Assembly (NCBI RefSeq): GCF_001194135.2
Contig: NC_068998.1
Coordinates: 35,959,959-36,023,958 of the forward strand
DNA: 64,000 nucleotides
Direction of reading: 5' to 3'
From: Octopus bimaculoides
Lineage: Eukaryota
This document shows, piece after piece, positions 49,594 to 61,760 of this stretch (its first letter is position 1; each line of letters starts with the position of its first letter). A program made the translations under genes and the position numbers. The notes below the pieces were generated by a model. The model saw nothing but the letters and a program-made list of their open reading frames with translations. It was not told the DNA's origin and ran no database searches.

Positions 49594-50259
49594 ACCAATT
49601 TTATATGAAAATCACCAGTAGAGTAGTATGAAGGTCATAATCAGAGCTTGACAAGATATAGATGACAAAGATCAACTGACTGATTGACTTGCTTGGAAAT
49701 TTGCTGGATCTGTAACACAATATAAGAGAACCCATGAACACTCTATTGAAGATTTTCCATTGACCAAACAAAGATTGACAATTAAATTAGCCCAGTATTA
49801 ATTTTCAAATCTATGCAAAAGAATTGTTGAAAGTATATAGATATATAGATAGAACTCCTGGTTAGATTAAACCTGAATGAGCACACCATTGATTAAATGC
49901 ATTCCAGCTGTCACTATTCTGGGTTTGTTTTTTTTAATAACATTTTGGTCTTTTTTTTTTTCTGTTTTGGCAATACATGTAGGACTGTTATCCAATATGC
50001 CTCTTTAAACCTGAGTTGATAAATCTTTTGCCTTTGATTCATGACCAAGACAATCGTCATCATCATCATTGTCACAATCATCATCATCATTTAATGTCCA
50101 TGTTCCATGCTGGCATGAATGGGATGGTTTGACAGGATACAATGTGTCCTAGGACCACATCGAGCTCCTGTGTTTGCTTTGGCATGATTTTTTATGGCTG
50201 GATGTCCTTAATGCCAACCACTGTACAGCATAGCCTGGGTGCTTTTTTTTGTGCCACCT

Positions 50260-51050
50260 GTGCTATTGAGGTTGCTATGTGGTTTGTAGGAGCCTTGGGG
50301 TAGATGAATGAGGTGTCATCTTCATGCTAGGAGATGACAGGGATAGAGCAGATTCCTACCAAGGGATCTGCATGGCTACTCACATCTGGTGAGGTAAAGA
50401 GGCAGCAGTAGAGATTGAGAAAATGTTCGGTAGGAGCTGCAAGGCATAAGTGATGATAAGGAGCCCCGGTGGCCTCTTAAGGCACAAGCTGAGTAGAAGT
50501 GGGTGGTTTTGAAGATTATATGGGAAAGTGAATGAGGGGTAGAAAAGGCAGACTACCAAAATAGATGGGGTTGAAAAGTGGATGAGACAAGAACCATGAG
50601 CTGAGAAGAATATAGCGATACAGAAAAATGGGGTTGGGGTAAGCAGCAGGAGTAGAAAGATGATACAGTTGGAGACAAAAGAGTGGGAAGAGGTAGGTCT
50701 AGTGCATGAGTGGTGGGAGCCATTGGAATGAGTTGAGAATCAATATGAAGAATTCAAAAGTTACTGCAGCCATTATGTTGTAATTCTGAGCTGAGTATTT
50801 TCTGGGGAGGAAAGACTGGATTTAGTGGTTAGGGAGGGCCCTGAAAAGATGGGTAGCAAGTAAAGAAGCTAAGTCAGTAGAGAGTGCTCATGGAAAGGTA
50901 GCACAAGACCAGCCAACCAGCTTCAAAGAGCTGAGACTTGTGTAGTAGTGACAGAAAAGACTGGGAGAAAGGAGATGGCAAGTCTGTTGGACAAAGGCTG
51001 AAGTGAATTGGTGTGTGATTTTGTCTTCACCTCCATCCTACTCTTAACCC
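50260..51050 (-). mobile_element. Decayed CR1/L2-group LINE, AP-endonuclease C-terminal region
   Basis: IDSQLIPMAPTTHALDLPLPT..LYSSQLMVLVSSTFQPH..HIIFKTTHFYSA resembles FPTR..H.LDLFLT..LGSSDH.LV..HRTIFHYS; heavily degenerate. Confidence 0.45.
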
Positions 51051-51774
51051 CAACCTGCCTAATGTCAAATACTGCTGCTGTTTCTGCTGCTGATGACCAT
51101 ACTCTAAAGACCTATATTATTTAGTACTCTTCCTGTACATATGCATTAACACAGATAATAGTAAAAGTGCATTAGGTTGATGAAAAGCTGCAAGGACATT
51201 CAACAGAAGCCTGAAACACAAAACAACCAATGACATTCACTAAAAGGTGGCTGTGGGAGAAGCTATTTTGAACTTATTTCCATCAGTTTTCCCTTTCTTC
51301 CCTTCCATCCTTGCACTTTCTCTTTCTCTCTCTATCCTTTCTGTCTCCCTATTTCACTGTCCTCTCTCTTTTATTATCTACAACACATCTAACCACTTTT
51401 CATTTACCCATCACCAACCAGTTGTTGAAATTTCAAAAGTGTATTACCATAACTGCATTGCACTACAGGCTATTAGGAAACACCACTACCCTCCACATTG
51501 CAACTACTCTCTCTCTCCCTCTCTCTCTTTCTTACACTTTCTTCCTTAGTCTTTCATTAGCACCACCCCACTCCTTTAATTGAAACCATTTATTCTATAC
51601 TGCCTTTGAGAACGTTAAAGTTCCTGGATGAAAACTGTTCAAAGTGTTGATTCAATGAGACAGGAAAACTAAAAGTTGGCATCTGTATATATGTATATAC
51701 ATACATAGACACACATACACTTACACACACACGTCTAAAACTCTCTCACATACATATACATATGTGTATGTACA

Positions 51775-51822
<48 letters not shown>

Positions 51823-53618
51823 GATATTTATATTTGTATTATACATATAAATAGTATGCTCATGAGAAATTAAGTCCAGATACATTTTTTGGGACTTAAT
51901 ATGTTTATGTGTGTGTGTGTGTGTGATAATTGCTCAAAGGTGAACAGTAATTAAAGCCAGGCATATACAAGTTAATGATACCTATAAAATTTGATATGAT
52001 AATAGTTTAACCTTTTCTTGTCGGTGCATGAACTCTGTCAAAATTTGGCCTGTTAATTCAATGATTTAAAGTCTGTTGCTCTACAGCAGCTAACGTGAAA
52101 GCAGAAGGCATACTGAATTTAACAGGACACAAACATCATAAAGATCACTTAACAGCAAGTGTGTCACTGCTGTTAGATGGGTTAGGGATCTTCTAATTTA
52201 ATGACTGAAAGGTGGACAAGTCAGATTTGGTTATCAAAGCTAATAGCAAATTTCCCACAGATTGCACCCTACTACATGGAAAACAGGATACATTGCAGTC
52301 CTTGCTATGCAATACCTGGGAGAAAGATAGAATGGTATCATGTTCTGAATGGGATGCATTTGATTGTGAACCTGCTTTATCAAGCTTGATCTGGAGCTCA
52401 CTCACTATTATTGTTAGTAGTTACAAAATGAACAGATAGAGCATCTATCTATCTTGTCTGTCTTCCATGCTGGCATGAGCTGGACAGTTTGACAGGAGCT
52501 GGCCAGCACCAGACTTCTGTGTCTGTTTTGGCAGGATTTTTATGGTTGGATGCCCTTCCTAACACCAACCACCCAGCAGAGTATGTATTATATTAGGTCA
52601 TATTATATTATATATTATATTATATAATTGAAACAGGTGTAAGGGATGATGATTAATTTGCTGTTAATAACAAACAATTAACTTCCTAATTTCCATTTTC
52701 TTTTTCTTCTTTTATATATATATACATATGTATATATATATATATATATATNNNNNNNNNNNNNNNNNNNNNNNNNNNNNNNNNNNNNNNNNNNNNNNNN
52801 NNNNNNNNNNNNNNNNNNNNNNNNNNNNNNNNNNNNNNNNNNNNNNNNNNNNNNNNNNNNNNNNNNNNNNNNNNNNNNNNNNNNNNNNNNNNNNNNNNNN
52901 NNNNNNNNNNNNNNNNNNNNNNNNNNNNNNNNNNNNNNNNNNNNNNNNNNNNNNNNNNNNNNNNNNNNNNNNNNNNNNNNNNNNNNNNNNNNNNNNNNNN
53001 NNNNNNNNNNNNNNNNNNNNNNNNNNNNNNNNNNNNNNNNNNNNNNNNNNNNNNNNNNNNNNNNNNNNNNNNNNNNNNNNNNNNNNNNNNNNNNNNNNNN
53101 NNNNNNNNNNNNNNNNNNNNNNNNNNNNNNNNNNNNNNNNNNNNNNNNNNNNNNNNNNNNNNNNNNNNNNNNNNNNNNNNNNNNNNNNNNNNNNNNNNNN
53201 NNNNNNNNNNNNNNNNNNNNNNNNNNNNNNNNNNNNNNNNNNNNNNNNNNNNNNNNNNNNNNNNNNNNNNNNNNNNNNNNNNNNNNNNNNNNNNNNNNNN
53301 NNNNNNNNNNNNNNNNNNNNNNNNNNNNNNNNNNNNNNNNNNNNNNNNNNNNNNNNNNNNNNNNNNNNNNNNNNNNNNNNNNNNNNNNNNNNNNNNNNNN
53401 NNNNNNNNNNNNNNNNNNNNNNNNNNNNNNNNNNNNNNNNNNNNNNNNNNNNNNNNNNNNNNNNNNNNNNNNNNNNNNNNNNNNNNNNNNNNNNNNNNNN
53501 NNNNNNNNNNNNNNNNNNNNNNNNNNNNNNNNNNNNNNNNNNNNNNNNNNNNNNNNNNNNNNNNNNNNNNNNNNNNNNNNNNNNNNNNNNNNNNNNNNNN
53601 NNNNNNNNNNNNNNNNNN

Positions 53619-53689
<71 letters not shown>

Positions 53690-53704
53690 ATACATACATA
53701 CATA

Positions 53705-53756
<52 letters not shown>

Positions 53757-54454
53757 TTACATGTGTGTGTGTAGTGAGAGAAAGACTGACAGATATATGA
53801 TTTCATACACTTTTCCTATCTGCTTTGATATCACCTCCAACCAAATACACATACACCCACACTACTGCACGAATGAGATCAACCTTCACCTTGCTTGTCA
53901 TCTGTTACATAGAAACATGATCCACATGTGAAAACCTCACTTGAATTGCATAATCATGGTTGGCATTCTTTTACACATTTTCAGCATGATATAACCTGTT
54001 AATTATCAATTACTTTCATTAAAATTAAAGGTGAAATTAATTACAGTCTGAAAGAAATTCATAGAATATTTTTTGTTTGCTTTTTTCCTTCATTGAATGC
54101 TTGTAGTTTAGGAATTGAGAGAATATTCTTAGTATTTATGAGGAATTCTGCCTCGTGAAAATGTCATAGAATAGCCAATCACCCATGAATAATGTTTGAG
54201 ATGTAGATACCTTTTCAGGTTGTTAATTCTTCACATATACATGAAACATATTTCACTCATTTTATTTCTTCTATAACTGAATATCTTTTCTTGCTCCTGC
54301 ACATATTTCACCTCTATATAATACTGCACTTGCTATCCACCCCTAATAGTTCAAAGATAGACAAGACTGTCAGCAAATTTCCTATTCTCCCCTGCCTTGT
54401 TCTGTAATTGATAGTTCTTCATTGATAGGCTTTTATTCTTTTCTTATTTTCTAG

Positions 54455-54621
54455 ACTCTATTGGACTTCACCGGATGGAAAATCATAGCCACAGTGACAA
54501 AGCTATCACCTTACACCTGTACTCACCACCATTTCGTAGCTGTAAAACATTTGATGAAAGAACTGGACACGTGAGCATTGCTCCAATGACATTTTGGACT
54601 AAATATGGAAAGAAAGTTCTG
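54455..54621 (+). CDS. CDO1: Cysteine dioxygenase type 1, internal coding exon (167 nt, phase 1 to phase 0)
   Basis: Acceptor TTTTCTAG at 54453-54; G+AC gives Asp, in frame with the previous exon; translates DSIGLHRMENHSHSDKAITLHLYSPPFRSCKTFDERTGHVSIAPMTFWTKYGKKVL; donor GTAAGA at 54622. Contains GLHR (third His ligand) and LHLYSPP (His155/Tyr157). Confidence 0.97.
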
Positions 54622-55499
54622 GTAAGAAACGGTTGTTTTCTTGTCACAGTATTATAATTATCTTATAAATTCTGTTAAAACAGTGAGGTATGAATGTAAC
54701 TGAGTCCATAACAATAAGGCAAGTGACCTTATGGCTAAAGGGATGGGCTCTTAATGCACCTAATCATGAGGTTGTAGATTCAGTTCCTGGATTTAAGTTG
54801 TCCTTAAACAAGGCCCTTCATTTCATATTGCTCTAGTTCACTCAGTTGAAATGAATAGCAGCTAAGTGCCGGTGCAGCTTCTCTTTCTCCCCAGCTGTTA
54901 CATCCTAGCTGTCACACTGGATCACGAATAGGCTGAAAGAATATCTATGTCTGTTCACAACTACATAGGGAAGTATGATAATTAGTGCAAGTATGTTACA
55001 TGCTGCCAAGTCAATAATACTCATTTGCAAATGACATCTACATTGTTTTCCTTATTATATTCAGTGCTGTTTTAAAAATGCTGTAATGAATATTTTTTTC
55101 TTCTCTTTATGAAGTGCAAAGTATATTGCATACTATTAGTATTGTCCACCTTACAATGCAGATTGAAAGCATGGACAATGTACTGCAAGCAGCCAAATAA
55201 TCCTGCATGTATTCATGATGAGATACATAAAACAGATCATGTGCACAACATACGGAGACAAGGTTTGGAACACCTTATCTCTACATGATCTGTTTCATGG
55301 GAAAAGTCAAGCTTCTTAACCCTTTTGATACCAAGCCACTCGAAACCACCCCTAATTCTATGAGACAAACTTCTTGTTTTTAAATCAAAACCTTCCAACA
55401 AAATTCACATTCATTTTTGTTTCAAATACCAGTTTGAAAATGTTGAAGTTATTTTACTAAATTCTCGATTACTTTCAAAATGAATTAAAGCAAAAGCAC

Positions 55500-56100
55500 T
55501 ACAGTCCAACAGAAATATGGTGTTTGGAGTGATCACTAGTGATGGTGATGTTATGCTTCCATTTGTCTTCCCACACATCCTCAGACTCAACACAAGTGCC
55601 TAGAGGAGGTAGTGCTGCCCTGGTTCAAGAGGGTGGCTGCTGGAAGACCCTATGTCTGGCAACAGGGCTCTGCACCATGCCACATAAGCAGGAGAACCCA
55701 GTCATGGCTGTCAGACAATTTCTGTGACCACATCACCCATAACAACTGGCCACCTAACTTGCCAGACTGTAACGCCCTTGATTATTATGTGTGGGGCGCA
55801 GTTGAGCAAGAAACCAACAAAACTCCTTGTGACACCAAAGATGAACTGAAAGTAAAGATTATGGCAGAGTTCACCAACTTAAACAAGGAGACTGTCCAGA
55901 AGACTTGCAGGAGATTCTGAAGTCATCTGGAGGCAGTGGTTGAAGTCAATAGTGATTTTATTGAATAAATTTTCCCTTTAGTATTCCAAGATATATATAT
56001 TTTTTTTTTATAATTTTGGTAAATATCTGTTAAAATAAAACATCACTGTTATTTTCATGTTTGCGTAATTTAGACAACAGTTTATTCACTGCACACTATA
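55500..56100 (+). mobile_element. maT/DD37D transposase 3' remnant
   Basis: MVFGVITSDGDVM; VLPWFKRVAAGRPYVWQQGSAPCH..WPPNLPDCNALDYYVWGAVE..EAVVEVNSDFIE*. Confidence 0.88.
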
Positions 56101-56249
56101 TATAGATTCACACACACACACACACATATATTTATATATATATATATACACATGCATGCATATACCTGGGTATTTCATGAAATTAACAATATATTATAGC
56201 ATTTTGGCACATATTACAAAATATTTGATCATTAAAATAGGATTACTAT

Positions 56250-56700
56250 ATTTTCATTTCAAAAATTCAGGAGGCTCTTGTTTTATTTAAAAGGTTGGCT
56301 TTGCCATTTTCGGCAGGATATACTTGGTGTTTCTGCTGCCCTCTTCTTAGCACCAAAATGCTGGCAACATTTGTTCGTTTTGCCAAATTTGATTTGTGGA
56401 TTGCTACTATAGTCCTTTTGTGGGGTCATAAGAAAAAGTAACCATCAACTAGTTTGGGTAGTTGAACAGTGTTCTTGATCAATATTTCATCTAATTTGAT
56501 ACTGTTCCTCAATTTGTTGTTCTCATGTAGCAATAGTCCTTTGCCTTTTGCCATCCAAATAATGCTGTCTGTCCACTACTAATTCCTGTGTTTGTGTGAC
56601 CAAAGCTGTTAGCATCTTGTTAGTAGTTAGACCTGTCAAGCTATTTCGCTTTCTTCATATTGCTGTGCTTTCTTTCTCTTGGCCTCTAAATATGATCTTC
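56250..56700 (-). mobile_element. Possible piggyBac transposase C-terminal remnant
   Basis: Frameshifted KCCQHFGAKKRAAETKYICRK..ANLLNKTRAS resembles the PGBD cysteine-rich C-terminus; weak. Confidence 0.3.
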
Positions 56701-56848
56701 CATATAAGGATCTGGAATGTTTCCAAGAAATTTGAAGTGAAATTACACTCCAAAATCCCTTCAAAATAGAAACAACTTCAAATATACTGGAAATGCACTT
56801 ATTAATGTCGTTGCAACAGACTGTTTATCTGAATGTGTATGATATATC

Positions 56849-56887
<39 letters not shown>

Positions 56888-56940
56888 NNNNNNNNNNNNN
56901 NNNNNNNNNNNNNNNNNNNNNNNNNNNNNNNNNNNNNNNN

Positions 56941-57144
56941 TTTTATTTCCAACATATGTTTCGAAGATTACAAATTATACCTTCCATAGGAATAGGTGAT
57001 GTTGATAAGAATGTAATCTTCTCTTCAGGGAAATGCATGGGAACCAGCTTAACCATAAGACATTTTAACCGAATATTCTTATCAACATCACCTATTCCTA
57101 TGGAAGATATAATTTGTAATCTTTGAAACATATGTTGGAAATAA
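56941..57144. repeat. 72-bp near-perfect inverted repeat with a ~60-nt loop
   Basis: Arms ~56941-57012 and ~57073-57144 differ at 2 positions. Confidence 0.92.
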
Positions 57145-57200
57145 AAGTATTCAGTTAACATATGCGTTTTACTCCATTTACTAAATTTATATATATATAA

Positions 57201-57907
57201 ATATATTTGATTAATAAATTCAAAAAAGGATAAAAATCTTTTACAAGAATTTTATCAGGAAGCCAGTGTGTAAAAAAATTAATTAGGGAAATTTCTATTC
57301 CCAAGAATATAATTATTCGTTTATATCTATATAAGGGGCATTACTACAGAATAATGCCACACACTGGACTTCGCAAAATAGACACATTTAGTACTGAATG
57401 CGAGGAAAACAACTAATAGAAGAAGACCAACTTTCTTTTAAATAACTCAGCTATGTATCGACCGATTTCACGATTACTAGAATGAATCTAGATTTTGCTC
57501 ATCAGCATACTATTGTTCAAAAAAAAATATATAAATAAACAGAATTCTCACCTCACCAAAAGCGAACACTCTACGTATCCGACAAAGCAAAAGGAATGAA
57601 GTTTATCTGTATATATCTTCATCAAAGAAGCGGGAATACTTCTGGGTTGTTTTTGGTACACATGTGGAGACAGGAATAAAAATTCAGCGTTGAATATATT
57701 CCGTGTATATATTTGATTAATAAATTCAAAAAAGGATATTCTAGTAATCGCGAAATCGGTCGATACATAGTTGAGTTATTTAAAAGAAAGTTGGTCTTTT
57801 TCTGTTGGTTGTTTTCCTCGCATTCGGTACTAAATGTGTCTATTTTGGGAAGTCCAATGTGTGGCATTATTCTGTAGTAATGCCCCTTATATAAATATAA
57901 ACGAATA
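57201..57907. repeat. 170-bp inverted repeat (57314-57483 / 57738-57907) plus a 32-bp direct repeat (57201-57232 / 57707-57738), Penelope pLTR-like
   Basis: About 10 differences counted over 170 bp; related to the repeat at 9790-9960 (GGATAAAATCTTT..AAGGGCATTA..AATGCC). Confidence 0.85.
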
Positions 57908-58477
57908 TATATATATATATATATCATTAATTAAATATATTCTGTGAGAATATTATACACTTAATTTATAATGAGTGCTCTTTGTATGAAGTGTCAAAAA
58001 TACTAATACTATAAAGTATTTAGGCATTTAACACGAGCGATTCTATATTCTGTATTTTAAAATAATAGCATGAAATTTAATATCAAAAAAATTCCTCATG
58101 AAAATATATGTGTCTAAAATAGTATTGTATTAAAAATATATGTAAATATATGAAACATGACAGTATAAAAGCTTGTTAATTAATGCATCTTATGATCGTT
58201 TCAAGAAAGTATTGTCATTGTAATGGAATCCATTGTTGATACACATTGATGTATAATACTTCCACTCATCAGAGATGGAGAAGATAAAGTTTTTATATAT
58301 CGAATGTTATTTTAAAAATCAGAAAAATATATGAAAAAGTATTTACGAAGAATAAATTAAAATTTACTGGTTTTGATTAAGATATATANNNNNNNNNNNN
58401 NNNNNNNNNNNNNNNNNNNNNNNNNNNNNNNNNNNNNNNNNNNNNNNNNNNNNTATATATATATATATATATATATA

Positions 58478-58640
58478 TGATGGGGTTTTTCAGTTTCTGT
58501 CTACCAAATCCACTCACAAGGCTTTGGTTGGCCCAAGGCTATAGTAGAAGACACTTGCCCAAGGTGCCACACAGTGAGGCTGAACTCAGAACCATGTGGT
58601 TGAGAAGCAAGCTTGTTACCTCACGGCCATGACTGCATAT
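58478..58640 (-). mobile_element. OR-type SINE head
   Basis: TTTCAGTTTCTGTCTACCAAATCCACTCACAAGGCTTTGG..GAAGACACTTGCCCAAGGTGCCAC. Confidence 0.85.
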
Positions 58641-59851
58641 AAAGGGATGGAGCTATACTTGAACATTGTCATCACCCACTCAATATAACACATTTGAAAG
58701 AAAAGCTGCTCCCCCCAACACACACATACAAGGATAGAAATCTACTGATATATATATGCTACACATGTCAGTGTGTTGTGATGCCATCTTCATTTTATGA
58801 CCTGATTTTGTTTTGATGAAAAAGTCTTTTGTTTCTCTAAGCAGCAAATGCTAAAAATAGATAACTTTTGTCTAGTCTGCTGTGCCTTTTCTGTCTGCTG
58901 AAGGGAAACCAGAAACAATAATAGAATTTCTCAATTCTCATTGCAACCTTTTGGTATTTTTGTTAACCTGGTTTTGTCATGTGTTTTAGAACTCATCCAT
59001 GTTGATCGCTTAAGCTTCCATTTTAACAATGTTCTTTGATTGGAACTATTAGGAACAATAACAATAAATGTTTAAGGCCATTTATGCTTGTCAGAGTAAT
59101 AGTAAGTCTTTTGGGCTCCAGAACAGTAAAGTACTAGTCAAGCATTGAAGTTGATATAATTAATAAGCCCATTCTCCCAAAAATTTCAAGTCTTGTGCCG
59201 ATCTATATTAGAAAGGAATATTTTACAAAGGATGATCTTCCTGTTGCTACCCCTTTTAGTCAACTCTTATGCAATGCAAGGATTTTGTATAGCTATTTTG
59301 AGACTCAGATATACACATGCTATTATGTTTAGCTTTAGGTAACTGTTGGCTATTTGCAGACCAGTGAAAAGCTGGTAAAAGACCTAAGAAAGATGTGAAA
59401 TGTAGGTCCCATTTCAGATATTTCATTAAGCATTTTAGTTAATCAGTATTTAATACATATGATTTATGTATGGGTAGATATAGTGTAGACAAAGTGTACT
59501 TGGTGTACATAAAAGTAATGGAATAGAATAAAGGCACTTGGATCATCATCATTTAATGCACACTTTTCCATGCTTGCATGGGTCAGATGGAATTTGTTGA
59601 GGCAGATGCCCTTCTTGTTACCAACCCTAATCTGTTTCCAGGCAAAGTAATATTTCCCTATGGCCAAACTATTGTTTGTATGAAGGTAGTCCTCATTTAC
59701 AATCATCACATAATATCAAGCTATGGACACCATTATCTCAATTCTGACACATTCTATAATAAAAATTGGGTGATAGAGATTCTTTTAAACTGGTGTCAAT
59801 CTCTTAAAACTTTCCAGTACACATACACATGATATTAAGACAAAGATACAT

Positions 59852-59892
<41 letters not shown>

Positions 59893-59930
59893 CACGTGTG
59901 TGTGTGTGTGATGGGCTTTTTCAGTTTCCT

Positions 59931-60320
59931 GGAGTGGCTGTGTGGTAAGTAGCTTGCTTACCAACCACATTGTTCCGGGTTCAGTCCCACTGCGTGACAC
60001 CTTGGGCAAGTGTCTTCTACTATAGCCTCGGGCCGACCAAAGCCTTGTGAGTGGATTTGGTAGACGGAAACTGAAAGAAGCCCGTCGTATATATGTATAT
60101 ATATGTGTGTGTGTGTGTGTGTTTGTGTTTGTTCCCCCAACATCGCTTGACAACCTATGCTGGTATGTTTACGTCCCCATAACTTAGCAGTTCGGCAAAA
60201 GGGACTGATAGAATAAGTACTTACTAGGCTTACAAAGAATAAGTCCTGGGGTCGATTTTCCCGACTAAAGATGGTGTTCCAGCATGGCCGCAGTCAAATG
60301 ATTGAAACAAGTAAAAGAGT
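59931..60320 (+). mobile_element. Young, near-consensus OR-type tRNA SINE
   Basis: A box GGCTGTGTGGTAAG, B box GGGTTCAGTCC, CpGs retained, tail GAAACAAGTAAAAGAGT. Confidence 0.93.
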
Positions 60321-61564
60321 ACCAAATCCACTAGGTCAACCTGCAATTTTTACAAAAAAATCAACATAGGATTTCACCCTTGGGCAAGAAGTTCCTTATG
60401 CTAATCAGCTCATGTGATCCACCATCTGCTCAGACCTGACTATCAGGTGCAGCTAATTACCTGTGACTTAAAATGTTACCATACTCACCATTTATGGCTC
60501 TATAACTAAAGATTAGTAAAATTTTGTCTGATTAAACTTCACTATCTCCACCACATAAATATATGCAACTCCTCACCAAAATGTCATGTGCATATATAAG
60601 GTTAAGCAAAATCATTTTTGTTGAGGATGGCCATAAGACCAAAATATATCTGGAGTTGTCTCATGCACTTAGCAAGAGAATTAAAATATTAGTCATGGCA
60701 TAATTATTTCCTCACTGAATAGTTATTTCCTCCCTACATGATTGTTTCTGGTTAGCTTTTTTTAATGTTCCATGCTTTCAATATGTTAACATTAACTTAA
60801 ATATTGTTTCTCATGCTGACGGTCTCTTTGTAATTCTCTCTCTCCCACTCTCCCTCTTTCTCTTTGTGAATTATTCTTTTCTGATATGACAAGCAATTCT
60901 CTCATTGTAAAAATACAACTCTGTTGCTGTTTGTGAAATTCTTTACTTTGTACATTATATAACTGTCTACCTTTAAAACATTTAATGACAATATTCTTCT
61001 CTTCATTAAAGCTGACAACTTCTTACAAAAACCAAGTAACTCTTCATTATACACACATATAATATATATGGTTAACCTATCACTAATAAAAAGTTCAGTA
61101 CATGGGTAAAATATTATGTAACTGAAAACAATCTAGTTCACTCATAACCCTGTTCTGTTTTCCTACCTTTTCTCCTTAACTTCACTTGGATTCCATTCCT
61201 AGTACTGAAGAAATTCTATATGCAGTCTAGAAGCTATCAAATGACAAACCTATAAATACTTGAGGCAATAAGAGAAACTCATTACAGTTGCTTAAACTAC
61301 AAGAATAATGGTTAATTCTCTCCTCAAATTACACTGTATTGTCTTACAGAGATAGGATACATTGGATAATGTCTTTTAGATGTAAAAAGACAAGATGGTC
61401 ATGGTTAGATCATCTTTAATCATTGCTTTGAATTGGTGGGGATAACGTGGGTCTAAGCAACAATTAAAAGTGATGAACTTGTTTCTGTGCAAGACATGGT
61501 GGTCTTGTTTTACTAAAACTTCTTCATAAACCCTTGCATAAATATTGATTTCAAATTTTGACCT

Positions 61565-61760
61565 AAGGCCAGCAATTTTGGGAATAAAGGGTTAGTCGAT
61601 TACATTGACCCCAGTACTCAAAAGGTACTTATTTTATCGACCCTGAAAGGATGAAAAGCAAAATCGACCTCAGCGGAATTTGAAGTCAAAATGTAAAGAC
61701 AAACAAAATGCCACTGAGCATTTTGCCAGGCATACTTACAATTCTGCCAGCTCATTGCTT
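61565..61760 (-). mobile_element. SINE variant sharing the 3' half (also 28765-28960, +)
   Basis: AGCAATTTTGGG..AGTCGATTACATTGACCCCAGTACT..TTTTATCGACCCTGAAAGGATGAAA..AAATCGACCTCAGCGGAATTTGAA. Confidence 0.75.

Noticed and set aside
52193-52439. Three overlapping 62-75-aa ORFs within the CDO1 intron
   Set aside because: No CDO similarity or recognisable motif, and the flanking CDO1 exons already join in frame.
1041-56999. Long ORFs containing X runs (e.g. 6095-6994, 12301-13197, 18625-19568, 42011-42894, 52678-53806)
   Set aside because: Open only because N gaps and TA/CA/GA microsatellites contain no stops.
57395-57420. TECEENN** resembling the human CDO1 C-terminus (..LENN*)
   Set aside because: Lies inside the inverted-repeat TE segment, has no suitable acceptor, and the second copy lacks the stop; coincidence.
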